Below are positions 1-13,327 of a stretch of 64,000 bases of DNA, piece by piece. Numbering within the stretch: position 1 is the stretch's first letter; each line of letters opens with the position of its first letter. The notes beneath the pieces were generated by a model. The model saw only the letters and a program-made list of their open reading frames with translations. It made no database searches and had not been told where the DNA came from. This DNA comes from the human T2T-CHM13v2.0 reference genome, Homo sapiens: NCBI RefSeq assembly GCF_009914755.1, contig NC_060926.1; one strand, written 5' to 3'. The position numbers were made by a program, and so were the translations under genes.

Positions 1-706
1 TAATTGGTTAATTTGGGAAGTTTGTGTCTTCTCCCAAATAGAATCTGCTACAGTTTTTTCCCTAACTTTTTACTAAGGTGTAACATTCATACTGAAAACT
101 ACACAAATAATAATTTTCATAAATGAAACACATCCATGTAAGTAGAAGCCAGATCAAAGAAACAGAATGTTCGTTGCCAACACCCTAGAAGACCCTTTCA
201 TGTTCACTTTAAGTGGTTCCAAGGATAACCACTGTCCTACATTAGTGTTGCATACTCTGTTTTTTCTTCAGCTTATATAAATCTTTCACTTTTTACTATA
301 TTAGTGTTGTCTGTTGCTGAAACCTAAAAAAATGGAATCACACAATATATTTTTTGTCTGCCTCCTTCCATTCAAAATTGTGTTTGCGATATTTGCACAC
401 ACTGTTGCATGTATTTTTGGTTCCTCTTTTCTCACTGCTGTATAGCATTCCACACAATTTACTTACCTATTCTACTGTTGATGAACATTTGGGTGGTATT
501 TTTGTTTGAGGTTATTATGAATAGTGCCTCTAAGAACATGCTTGTACAGGTCTTTGATGACAATTGGGGTATGTATTTACTTCTGTTTGGCTTGGAATTT
601 CTGGATATACCTATGTTCACCTTTAGTAGATACTACAAACAGTTTTTCAAGTTGTACCTCCTTTCAGTCCCATCGGCCATGTATGAGAGTTCCAATTGCT
701 CTAAAT

Positions 707-1192
<486 letters not shown>

Positions 1193-1434
1193 CTTTAAAC
1201 TCTCACCAACCTAGGTAAATTTTTGACTTCTATATTTAGCCATTTCAGAAAGCATATAAATGTATTGCACTGTGGTTTCAATTTGCACTTCCCTGACAAC
1301 TAAATATAATCATTTTGAAGGCTGAGATTTGTTTCTTAGACAGCTATCCAAATTTTTAGTTTCCAGAAATGACTACTCCAAGATCCCACCCTAAACAGTA
1401 GACAGTTCTGTTTATTCATTCAATATCTGACTCT

Positions 1435-1635
1435 AGAGCATAGTTGCTGAAATCAAGTGGACCTCGCTTTGACTCCAAATTCTTCTACCCAGCAAAGTTA
1501 TTTAAGCTCACTGAAATTCAGTTTCTTTATCCATAATATGGGGATACTAATGCCCATACTTCAGTATTACTGTTATAATTAGATATAATGTAGGTAAGAT
1601 CCCTGGCATGTAGTGGATGCTCAATGGTTATTACT
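1435..1635 (+). mobile_element. MIR
   Basis: aagttatttaagctcactgaaattcagtttctttatccataatatggggata core. Confidence 0.7.
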
Positions 1636-1671
1636 GCCATGGGCTATAAGAACAAGAGGCACAAATAAATT

Positions 1672-1850
1672 AGACTAGAAACAGCACGGGCTTGAGAGTT
1701 GATGTGTGTTCTAGTCCTGACTCTACCACTAACTAGCTGTGAGGACTTAGTCAAAATACTTAATGTCTTAGAGTTTTTCATTTATCTATGAAATAAGACA
1801 GTTACACTAGATACAAGGTTTTTCTAACTTGATTATTCTCTAATTCTATG
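1672..1850 (+). mobile_element. MIR3-like
   Basis: gttctagtcctgactctaccactaactagctgtga core and an attctatg end. Confidence 0.7.
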
Positions 1851-1859
1851 GATATGACA

Positions 1860-3340
1860 GGGTCTTAGCCATCAAGTTTACACTAAGAAGGGGAAATAGG
1901 ACATGCATTAAACAATGACACAAATTACTGAGAAATATACTCAGAAATTCAGAGCTACAAATAAAGTACTACTGCCATGCAAGTTCAAAGGAATAAAAGC
2001 TTATTTTGGTTGGAACAATCAGGGAGCCCTTCATAAAGACAGTGGCATTTGAATTAGGACTTGAAGCATGGACGAGGACAGAGACCAGTTCAGACAAAAG
2101 AGAGAGAAGCATAAAAGCAGACAAAGCAGAGTAGACAAAGGCTTAGGAAGGGAAGCGTAAGACAGGTCCTAGGAGCAATAAGTCACCCAGAATGACCGTA
2201 GCATAAGAGTTGTGAAAGGAGGAAAGAGATGGAATAGATGGAGAGTAGGTATAAAGTGCTTGCAATCTCAGAAGAATCCATGTTTCACTTGGTAGAAAAT
2301 AAAGGGCCATGGCAAATTACAAATGAAAGGAGTGACATAACCATGACAAAGTTTAAAGACTAATCTGATAACTTGAGAACCAAGGAACTGTGGAAGAGGG
2401 GCTGAAGACTAGAAGATTAATTTTTAAATATCATTAAATTTTAAATGGGAGGCTAGAGGGCTTTGAAGTGGAGAAGCACAAAGAAAAGAGTAGAGAAAGA
2501 AATGTTCTAAGGACATAAATGAAAGGACTTGATAATTGTTTTGTTAAGAATGATAAGAAGTAGAGAAGCATGAAAAATAACAGACATTTGAAATCTAAAT
2601 GACAAGAGGATTAAAAGTACAGGGAAGTGTTTTATGCTGTCCTTAATAGTTTTCAACAAAGAGGCTCAAAGCAGCTAGGCTAACCTGTTCCTCTAAGCAA
2701 TATTTCTGAAACAACAATTTACTGAAAACTTTCATATGTTTATAGATATTTGGCACAAAGAAAGTTCCACTGTCAATTTAGGAAACACTAAATATCATAT
2801 CTTTGCCTTAAATATTTACACTTAACATAAACGTTATAAAGTTCTGGGAAATCCTCTTGTAATCATGTGTCTGTGTGTGTCTGTGTGTTTATGTTAGGGT
2901 GCACATATGTGTGTGTGATAAATCTATTAAATCTCATGGTGCACTAGTGTTACAAGGGACAAGGTTTGGAGAGATAAGCATGTGCTTCTGAACTTATTAT
3001 TATTGTTATTATACATGCATTATAAATCTCTTTCAGAGAGATTAGTATTGGTAGTATTGGGTATCAGGAGGTCATCAGGTGGACATGTTTAAGAAATGTA
3101 AAGAAATGTGAATCGGCACTCAGAATAGAGTTGAGATCTGCACATGTAAATTTGAGGATCACCTAACAGAAGACAGTTGAGATTAAGAGAAGAGGTGTAT
3201 TCACAAAGGACAGAAGAAGTTAATGGGAAGACATGGAAGCAGAGGACGATTCCTGGTCTACATTTTGAAGACAAATGAATGGAAGGAAGAGACTGAATTG
3301 TAACTAGATGGAGTAGATAAGAGGAAATTATTTTAGAATG
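1860..3340 (-). mobile_element. Degenerate L2 fragments (interrupted by a MER103-like element)
   Basis: Purine-rich L2 antisense motifs (gtggcatttgaattaggacttgaag, gtaaatttgaggatcacc). Confidence 0.6.
2698..2975. mobile_element. MER103-like hAT-Charlie element
   Basis: tttaggaaacact...gttctgggaaatcct...cactagtgttacaagggacaaggtttggaga; opposite orientation to the copy at 5805. Confidence 0.55.
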
Positions 3341-5804
3341 AATAGAATGAACATCTGCAAGTAACTCAATAAGTTATGAAGATATCACCTAAGCATTCTA
3401 GTCTGAGTCTTAAATGTGGAATTCCAGACCCCCCCAGGGGTCTCATTCTTTAAGGGAAAACCCAGAAACAACATCTACCTAGGAGTCCTAAGGCCACTAT
3501 CTGCTCAGATATAAACTCACAGATCTAAGGTGACCTTCAATGTCCTAATGTTTGTTTACAGAGGTAGGTAGAACTCCTCAGGATAGCATAGTAACTGGCA
3601 TAAACACTTGTTTTCTGGATATGCAGCAAGTTGTTCTCACATAGAAAATATTAGGCATTCTGGTTTCTGTCAAGGGAGAAAGGATGAAAGAAAAGAGAGG
3701 GCAGTGGGAAGGGGCAGCATCAAATTGTTATCTAGACATCTAAATGAAGAAAAAAAAAGATTCAAGCGAAGGTCCTTCATTAGCTCAGTGTTGACATTGC
3801 TTCCATTAAATGGATGAGTGAGCTAAATTCCAACTGAGCTAGTAGAGAGAGTGGGAAATGATGTGTTGGTAGGCAGGAAGAAGGATAAAGCAGAACAAAT
3901 TATCCAGATTAAACACACGGATCAAAATTTTTCAACTTTAGCAGCTCAAATTCTACATCAATTTGTCTAAAAACTGGTACAGAATAATTGAAAAGAAATT
4001 TTACATAATGTTTAGCTCAGTGGTCATTTGGTACAACTGTTCAGCTCCTTAGACTGGAGTCGGAAAGTATTTTCCATTTTTTAAGTAAGCACCAATTTGG
4101 GATAGATTATTATTGAAGTAAACATCATGAAATAATGGTTCTACCCTACAGATAGAAGCATTTTAAAAAAAATTCTGTCTTTACCACTCTGTACCACATA
4201 AAATATATTGCCTTCAATAAAGACTTTCTAAATATTTTATTCCTAAAAGAGAGAAAATAGCCTTCTGAGGGCTTTGTGTTGTTTGCCTAGCCAACTGTGG
4301 AATATGTTTTCTCTTCAGAAAATAAATTCTTGGTATGTTTCAGAAAATCACAATAAGTAAAATATTTTAAAATAACAAAACATGCAAGCTTCATAGCACC
4401 CAAGAATGGTCTCAAACACATTAAAATAAAACAATGAATTTTTAGCATTTTGGATACTAGGAAATTGATGGAAAACAATGTCTGAAAATATAGATTAATA
4501 GGATGGCTGTCAAATTATATTTTAATCATTTCTATTAATGAAATCATGAAATCCAGTTCTAGTCTTGTACAACCTAGAAGTCATATCCTTCAAGATCTAC
4601 ATCTTTCTGCTGTCTAGGAAAATGTTATTTATATTATGATAGCAACAAATCTCTTCTGTTTAGAAACACTTTCAAAGCAACTGCCTGAACTTTATTTTTT
4701 CCCTCCTGTCTTTACTTCTTCTAGAGACAGTTCTTTATGTTCTAAATTTTCTAGTAAGTGTATCATATGTGATATGTTAAATCTATATTTGTGCAGTCAT
4801 CACAGTAAATCGTATGACACTGAAAACATATAATTTACTTATCTCAACTTTTTTTCTCTCTCCATGTCTAGAAAAGGAAACTTGCATGGAAATCATGGGT
4901 ATTAAATAACTCTAAGTAGCTAAAAACAATGTTTAAGGACATTCAAATCACTTCCTTGGCTACTGAGAATGGGTTATACCTCAAAGAAGAACCATATGGC
5001 TGGCCTGGCATGCACACTAAGTTCTCCTAACATATTTGTCATAAAAACTAAATCTGTAATGGCAAGCCACACTTAATCTGCCTGTTCTTAATGTCAGTGT
5101 CCCGTGTCTCTTTCTCTAACTTCCTGTGACCATCTGAACTTCAATTTCTTCATCTATGAAATGGGGAGCTATATGGTTTCATTACAGGGCAAATGTGCAA
5201 GCAAATAGTATAACAGATGTATAAAATTAAAAAATATAAACTAAATATGGGATTCTACACACCTACAAATTATCATTATTCAACATGGCATTATTCGTAG
5301 ATGTTTAACTGTCTATTTCTCACTAAGTGTGAATTTCAGGGCGATGATTTTTTAAAAATCTCTTCAGGATGAAGCAAGGGAAAAGACACAAAGGCAAGTT
5401 AAAATGCTGCCAAATGGGTGTACAGTGACACCTGGGTGTGATAATCCACACATAACTTCCATCTGTTATTTCTTAATTTACGCTCAGCTGTTTCAATAAT
5501 GTGACATCGTTCATCCTCTCCCAATCTTTTCAAAATATTTCTTCTTCCTTTTTTTAAACTCACATCATCACAGTTATGTAATAAAACATTAACTATTCCT
5601 TCAACTAGGCAACATTTTTTTGCCTGACTTCTCTAAGAGGAGATGAAAAATGTTAACTATGGAGAAGTTTCTTGAGGACAGGCTATCTTCCAGAAAACAT
5701 AAATAAGAAAAGAAATAATTAAAGGAGGAGAAAAGACTAGCTGAAGCACAGTGAATTTCAGAAAAATAAAGAAGGCATGTTTTGGAGAAATTTAGGAAAA
5801 CTAA

Positions 5805-6042
5805 AATATGTTTCTTTGGAACACTACTTTCTGGGGATATTAATAAGCATTATACATAAATAGACTGTTTAGGAAAATATTAGAGTAAACGAGTTTTACT
5901 ACAAAACTTCTAATATGCTTTGTAAATCTCTAAGAGGGAAATTAGTGTGACTGGAAGTAATTCCCAAACTCATTTGATGCTTTTGTTCAGAGTATCTCAG
6001 GGGAATGGTGACCTACGACCAAACAGTATTTTGGAAATGCTG
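5805..6042. mobile_element. MER103-like hAT-Charlie element
   Basis: tggaacactactttctggggatattaataag...ttcccaaactcatttga...ttttggaaatgctg. Confidence 0.6.
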
Positions 6043-6412
6043 AGCTCAAGATTCAGTTCATTGGATTTGTCAGTTTCAACATCATGCCACATGGGTGACA
6101 ATACACAGTCACGCAATAGACACACACTGTATGGCCCTGGACTCTCTAGCCCAAACCAAACTGAGCCACGCATCCCTTCGCATGCAGATGCTCAGCACTT
6201 GGCTGGCCAATGAAGAATTCTCCCTATTCCTGAGACTTTCCCAAACACTTTATGCACTTTTAGATTCCCACGCCTTAGCTGATGTTATACCACTTTGCTA
6301 ATGTTCTTTCCTTCTTCCAGTTGCCTGTCAGAATCCTATTCACCCTTCAGTGTTCACCTGCAAGTGTTTTCCCTTCTTCTGTCACTGTACTTTATGTGTG
6401 CTTCTCTTTAGG

Positions 6413-6573
6413 TCTGTGGTTTTCAAGTGTGGCTTAGGGAATTTAAGAAAAACACTGATTCCTGGGTTTTACCCAGAGATTTTGATATAGTAGGTCTGAA
6501 ATACCACCTAATTTTTGGGATTTTTTAAAATTCCCCAGTGAGTGCAAGACACAGCCAATATTGAGAACTGTTG
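6413..6573. mobile_element. MER5-type MITE
   Basis: gtggttttcaag...gattcctggg...cccagagattttgat...ttgagaactgttg. Confidence 0.65.
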
Positions 6574-7699
6574 CTTTGAAGTTCATGGTAGTTTGTCTCT
6601 GTTCTATATCCTAAAAAAGCATTGAAGATTTTTTAGAGGAGACATTTATCCTTCTTCATATTCAGAAGTCCACTGTACCCAACAGAGATTTTTCATGAAA
6701 AATGAAAGAAAAAAATAGCTTATATTTCCAATTATGATGTTAATCTTATCAAAATGTTTTACAAATTATTTTGCCTTTCCATTCCTAGTGTAAATTATAT
6801 CATCAAGGAAATGGGTCCCAAATCTAGCAATGAATCAGACAGCTTGTAGGAATACATCAAACCTTTCTACCCCCAGAGTTAACGAATCAAAATCTCTGGT
6901 TACAAATGCAGAAGTTTGTTGTGTTTTGTTTTTGTTTTTGTAAACTGCAAGTCTAATGTCAATTTAAAAAAAAATTCATTTTGTGAATCACTGTTTCAAA
7001 ATAAACGTTATATAATTTGCAGGTATTACAAAAATATTTACCTATTATAGTGGTGTTTAGGAGGGTTCAAAATAGAAAACGTTATCATAAATCTATCCCA
7101 TAAAAAAATTTTAAGATAATAAATTTAAGTCCCAAGAGAATACACATTATAGCTAGAACTCAAATTAGATTCAAATGCATAAGGAAGCTCTGTTTTATTA
7201 TTACGATTTCCAAAGCCTCCTTTCCCTGTCATAGTTTTAGTGTATTTGGAATGGAATTGCCCAAAATTATGTAATTAATTATGTTCAGCTTCTATTAAAA
7301 TAATTAATTTCATTAAGTCGGCTAGCATGACACTTGGTAAAAATCAATTATTGAAAAAGAACTGGGAAAATGTGGGCAGTCATTACGGGTGTAATAGCTC
7401 ATGTTTTAGGGCAATTAGGTGAAACGTTTTTACTTTTTAACTTTTTAAAACTTCTTAAACCAGGAATCTCAGGCATGCTATAACCCTGGAGTCAGGTGAA
7501 CCATGTTTGACCCTTGGGTCACATGAGAGTCATCTGGACTACACTGCTTCATTCATATATATTTTTTTCCTGTCCTCACTGGTCACTTAGACCACTTAAC
7601 AACATGAAATGAAGATCAAACTATGTGCTTTTTCTTCAACAGCGGAATGAACTGCAGATGGAGTAAGGGAAAGAAGAATCAAAAAAAGCATAAGCGTTT

Positions 7700-8066
7700 T
7701 AAGAGCAGAATAATCGCATTAACTGATCCAAATGCAAATGCTTCCTCATATCTACACCCTTTGGTTATGCCCTCGCACACCAACACTGGGCTTGGCCACG
7801 TGGCTTTTTTATTGTTTTTTAAATGGGACAGTAACAACTTAACTCAATCAAACTTAATCACAACCTTGAAAAAGTTTGTGAGTTTCCTCTTCCTCTTAAG
7901 CCGGCCCACAGAAAACCCACCATCTGGCCACAGATGCATGGAAAAGACCCACTGATATCAACCAAGCCTGGCACAAATCAGCAGAAACATTCAGCTGACC
8001 CACGGGCGCAGATCATTTTAAGCCACTATGCTTTGGGAAGATTTACAAACTGCAATCGCTGATACA
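7700..8066 (+). mobile_element. MLT1-type MaLR LTR
   Basis: ctgggcttggccacgtggctt ... ttttaagccactatgctttggg ... gctgataca terminus. Confidence 0.65.
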
Positions 8067-8375
8067 ATTGTCTTCAATGTTTAAAGAGCTAAACTATGCA
8101 AGAGAAAGTTTAAATCCTTCCTGTTCCAGTTCCACTAAAAGAGAAAAAAAAAAAAACATTGTACTGATAGGAAGACAGATTTCATTTTAAGAAAGTATTT
8201 TCTAACAAGTTAAGTTCAAATTTGAAATGCCTATAGGCAATGAATTTCCTGACACTGGAATAATTCAAGTTGGTGCTAACACAAATGCATTTTATTCATT
8301 CAAGGATTATATACTTCATCTATTCTTTTAATGCTACAAAATTATATACAAGTTATCAGTACAGTTATGCTGTAG

Positions 8376-8577
<202 letters not shown>

Positions 8578-8771
8578 TGATTTTCTCATTCTTTAATAAG
8601 GATTAGAAACAAGAACCAAGTACTCATCCTCCTAGTATACCTCTTGGATGTAACTGCCAGAATTTTCAGCTAAGCTCTACTGGCCATTTGTTCACCCTAA
8701 CAATAGAGAGAAGACGACTGTGTGGACCTAACAAAACAAACTTTTCATTCTATCATTCATTCATTCATTTC

Positions 8772-8942
8772 AAGGGGCACCAGCTAGCAGTCTGCAGCTA
8801 GATCCTGTTTAGTGTTTTAGTGTTTTTTAAAATGTCAAACTACATGCCTTTTGTTTCGCACCTACTACGTTCCCACCATATCCTACTTCACATATTTACA
8901 ATACCAGTGTGGTCCCTGTAGGTATTTAAGTTGAAGACTTGG
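8772..8942. mobile_element. MER102-like hAT element within an L2 fragment
   Basis: Terminal ggtccctgtaggtatttaagttgaagac resembles the MER102 end; flanked by an L2 (ttca)n tail and downstream L2 sequence. Confidence 0.5.
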
Positions 8943-11900
8943 GTGAATTCTTACTTATAAAATACATTCTACTAAAAGTTATGAGAAATACAAAGATGAA
9001 TTCAGTATTGATTCTAGCCTCAGGGATCTTATAGTTTCGTAGGGGAGCTGATACCCTTACTTAATTAATTATAATAGAATTATAATAATTATAATAGAAG
9101 TATAATATAATTAATACTAATTAATTACTTAAGTATAATAGAATGAGAGAGATGCACAGCAGAAGAGGTGCAGATAAAATGCCACTGTGCTGTTAGAAAT
9201 AATAATTGGATGCAGCTGGACTGAGCAGTAAATGCCTAATGGGTCCAAAAATTAGCAAGAGTCTCTTTTTTTCTGTTTTCTGTTTTGTTTTGTTTTTTTC
9301 ACAGAAACATCACTATTAGAATAGATATGTCTTTGGCATCTCTGTTAGTGATCTCTAACAAACAGGTGGGCCCAGATCATCACATATCCCTATTTTCATC
9401 CAAATTTAATTTAATGATATAACTTAAAAGTGACTTGACCTGGTGGGGATTTTCTTTTCCTACCTCAGTTGGAACTGACATAACTGCCACTTTTATATGA
9501 CAAAGATACAGCCCTACTGTTTTTCATTACCATTGGTTTCTAATCAATTTGTTCCAGGCTCTTTGATCCTTAAAAAAGTCAAATTAAGTATTAATATTTT
9601 AAAGCTGAAGTGATGGTTTTCATAATAAAAGCACATAACTTTTCAAGCCTATAAGCAGCTGGTTAATACATATACAATTAATATTTAAATATCTGTTTTG
9701 GTTTAATGTAAAAACTCTTCAAAAATAATATCCTAAAATCCTAAAGGCTGGAGACACCAAAACACTAAACGTGGATACCAACTTGACTCAGAACTAATGC
9801 TTCTACATAACAAAACGTAAGACTTCAGTGCAGCTGGCTTGGATATTACAAAGATAATAAATCTGGAAGTATTATCATCTATTACTTCAAATGCACTGGA
9901 ACTTGCCCCGTACATTTCCAGCAGCTCCAACTCAGGAAATGTTGAATTTTCCTCAATTATAGCTTGTGTCCAAGTGGCCGTAATCAAATACATAAATAAA
10001 CTGAAGCTTTCCCATGAGAACTAACTGTCAAAACTACATTATGTCCAGTCACAGAACTGAGAAGACTAGGTTCAAAAATACTGCAGACTTCTTTAAATTT
10101 ATTCCATCTCTACATACCTACAGGTCGTCTTTTAAACAAGTATCCATCAGTATGACTGTTTCTTCTTTTCATTGCTTTTTACCTAAACACTATGTGAAGT
10201 AGTCTGACTACTATAAATGTAAAATTTTCCAGATGGCATAAAATCACTAACAATCCCAGTAGATTGTTTTACCTGCATAATCTTAATTTTCCTTATTTTG
10301 ATCATTCCAAATCTTTGAAAAGCCATTTCTAAATCTTACCAATGTCTAAGATAAATGTACATGTCATCAAGCTGCTCTAGCTGAGAAAACGACATTTGTG
10401 TAGCTCCTGAGTGGAAGACACCTCCCCACATTTTAATCGTACCCTGTTCCTGACTCTATACCCAAAATTATTAATTGTAGATTTAATACTGCCTCATGGA
10501 GTTATCCAAAAGATTACATGCATATAGCTTGCCTAAAAATACACCAAGTTTTCTATGAATTTTCCCTCTTGGTGTTAATATCAACACTTGCTACTGCTGC
10601 TGATAATTATGATGCTAGTTTATTGGAGATAATTTAAGTTGTGCTGACTGTGGGTGAAATAATACCAGCAGGAATAAATGCCTGGCATTAAATTTACCTC
10701 CTGCTATTAAAATGTATAACAAATCATAGTTTATCTATTAGTGATGACCTCTTAAAAATTAGAGCTACTTTTATCACAACTGGAAAAATAACAAGGCACT
10801 GTAATGTCTGAAATTTTCTTTCATGGTAAACATTATCTGCCTTACACTCAAATGTGTTTATTTGTTTTCCTTTGATCTTGGTAATACATTTCAAAAATCA
10901 GTAAGTTACTAACAGCAATAGGTATTAACCATACCCATTAGGTCCACAAACAAAATTAGGATGTGCTTTTCTTTTTCTAGGCTTTCCTATTTCATCCCAC
11001 TGCTTTCTCCATTATTAAATGAAGAAAATATGCCCGCCAAATACACACTCAGAACTCCTCTGCTAACAGATACTTGCGAAAATAAAGCTTCTGAGAAGAC
11101 GTAAAGAGAAGAAACAGCGTGATCTGAATGCTGTGAAGATCCCAATATGATGTTCACTAGTCTTGAAACCTGGCTGCCTTTAGTGTCTTCGATCCTGGAT
11201 GTACAGACTTGTTCTCAATTACAGGCCTAATAAGGAACTATTTGCATGATTTTGTTTGTGGCTTTTTAGTTTTATTTCTAATGGAAAATTACCACAAAAG
11301 TGACCTAATCACTTCTGAACCATGAAAGAGCTTCAAAAAGTTGTCAGTTCCAAAGAACACTAAAGTTTAACATATAAGAATCATTTCAATTTACTTTTTA
11401 AATTCATTTTTTCACTGCCTACTTCTGGAAAGAATTTGGAGAGACAAATGGGGAAAATGCACATATAATAGAATTTGATAAAACAAAATATCAAGTAAGA
11501 GAAAATAATTGTAACAAAAGCCCAGGCTTAAATGGTTTGAGGCAGTGAAATTCAGAAAAATACTTTTACTGGTGCAATTTTACTAGAAGAAACAGATTTT
11601 TCTTGGCCTCATAGTCTAAGGTTGATTTATCACAAGGGAATATAGAAAGTTTACTAAGCAAGATGAGTATGCAATAAGGTGGAAATGTCTTCAACAATTA
11701 TTTTACTAAAGTTATATAAAGATCCTTCATTTGAATATGTTACATCATTTAATATTGAAACACAAATTAATGAATATAGTCATATAAAGAGACAAATTAT
11801 TATAATTACCAGAGATAAAGATCTCTGGGAATATAGAAACAAAGGTTTTCAAAAGCCTAAAGGAATGTATCTATGTGAGGTCTCATATATGAAGTGTTGA

Positions 11901-12262
11901 TTCACATCTTGGATTTTAAAGATATATGTACAGTAATTTGTTACATGCTGAGGACCTTAGTATTATTGATTGAAAATATATTAATATAGTTTTGTGATTG
12001 TGTTTTCTTTCCAGAAAATTATAAAACTCAAAGTATTTCTCCTGAGGAAAAGGAGCATCGTGTTTTCTCAACACCAGTCTGAGCTGGAAGAGCCTGTGCA
12101 GGCAGAATCACAGCGTGCCCAAAAGGCACTCACCATGCACATATGCTCAGGGCTGGATAGTCTCATTGATGCCACACTTCCACATGATAGCCATAAAGGA
12201 GATAATATAAACTCCTGCCTTGGCCATAAAAGAAACTTAGCCTTTCTTCCTTCCCTCATTGA

Positions 12263-12392
12263 CATGATATGAAAATATATACCTAAAATTTCCAAGGAAA
12301 TTTTTTAAAAAATAGATTTGATAACCTCATGATACGAAAATATATACCTAAAATTTCCAAGGAAATTTTTTAAAAAATAGATTTGATAACCT
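12263..12392. repeat. 65-bp tandem duplication (2 copies, 1 mismatch)
   Basis: 12263-12327 and 12328-12392 are identical except gataTg versus gataCg. Confidence 0.97.
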
Positions 12393-12984
12393 AACTACAG
12401 GAAATGATTTGGAATCTTTACTGTAGGAGCCCCAGACATTCTTAGAGGCAGGATCTAAATGATACGTAAGATTCCTCCCAAGCCTCCTAATATCGTAGCC
12501 AGCTACAAAATTTCAACGTTCACCATCTACTCCAAAACCTCTCAGTAACTTTTTCCACTTGATGGATGACTTTTACTTTCTGAAACTTAGGATGACTGTA
12601 CTGATGAAAAACTGATTTTAATTAAATCTTGAAAATTAAATTGGAAAAAAAGCTCTTGCTCTCATATCTTTCAGGTCACTTAGGTGTTTAGAATGAGTCA
12701 TTCCTGAAATCTGTCTCTTCCATTTCAATCTCCCAGGATGTTATCACCTCCTTTATGGCACCCATTGCCTGCCTGTAGCACATTTATCTAGGTATATCCT
12801 CAATGATATGTCACGTGAGGGCACATAAGTATTTTTCTCCCCATATCTGAACTCTCAAGCACCATGAACTCAGAAGTGGACACTTGTAGTCAATCAGTGA
12901 AGGCCAGGTGACTAGAATTAAAGCTGGAGCTTCAATTATAGGGGAAATTAGCCTGTATATAGAAATTTGAAACTATGTCAATGA

Positions 12985-13327
<343 letters not shown>

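Noticed and set aside
9058-9143. AT-rich quasi-palindromic repeats of ataatagaa/ttaatta
   Set aside because: Low-complexity expansion inside an L2 remnant.
9733-10024. Overlapping ORFs with protein-like composition
   Set aside because: No recognisable homology to PDE1A or any other protein, and no convincing pair of splice sites.
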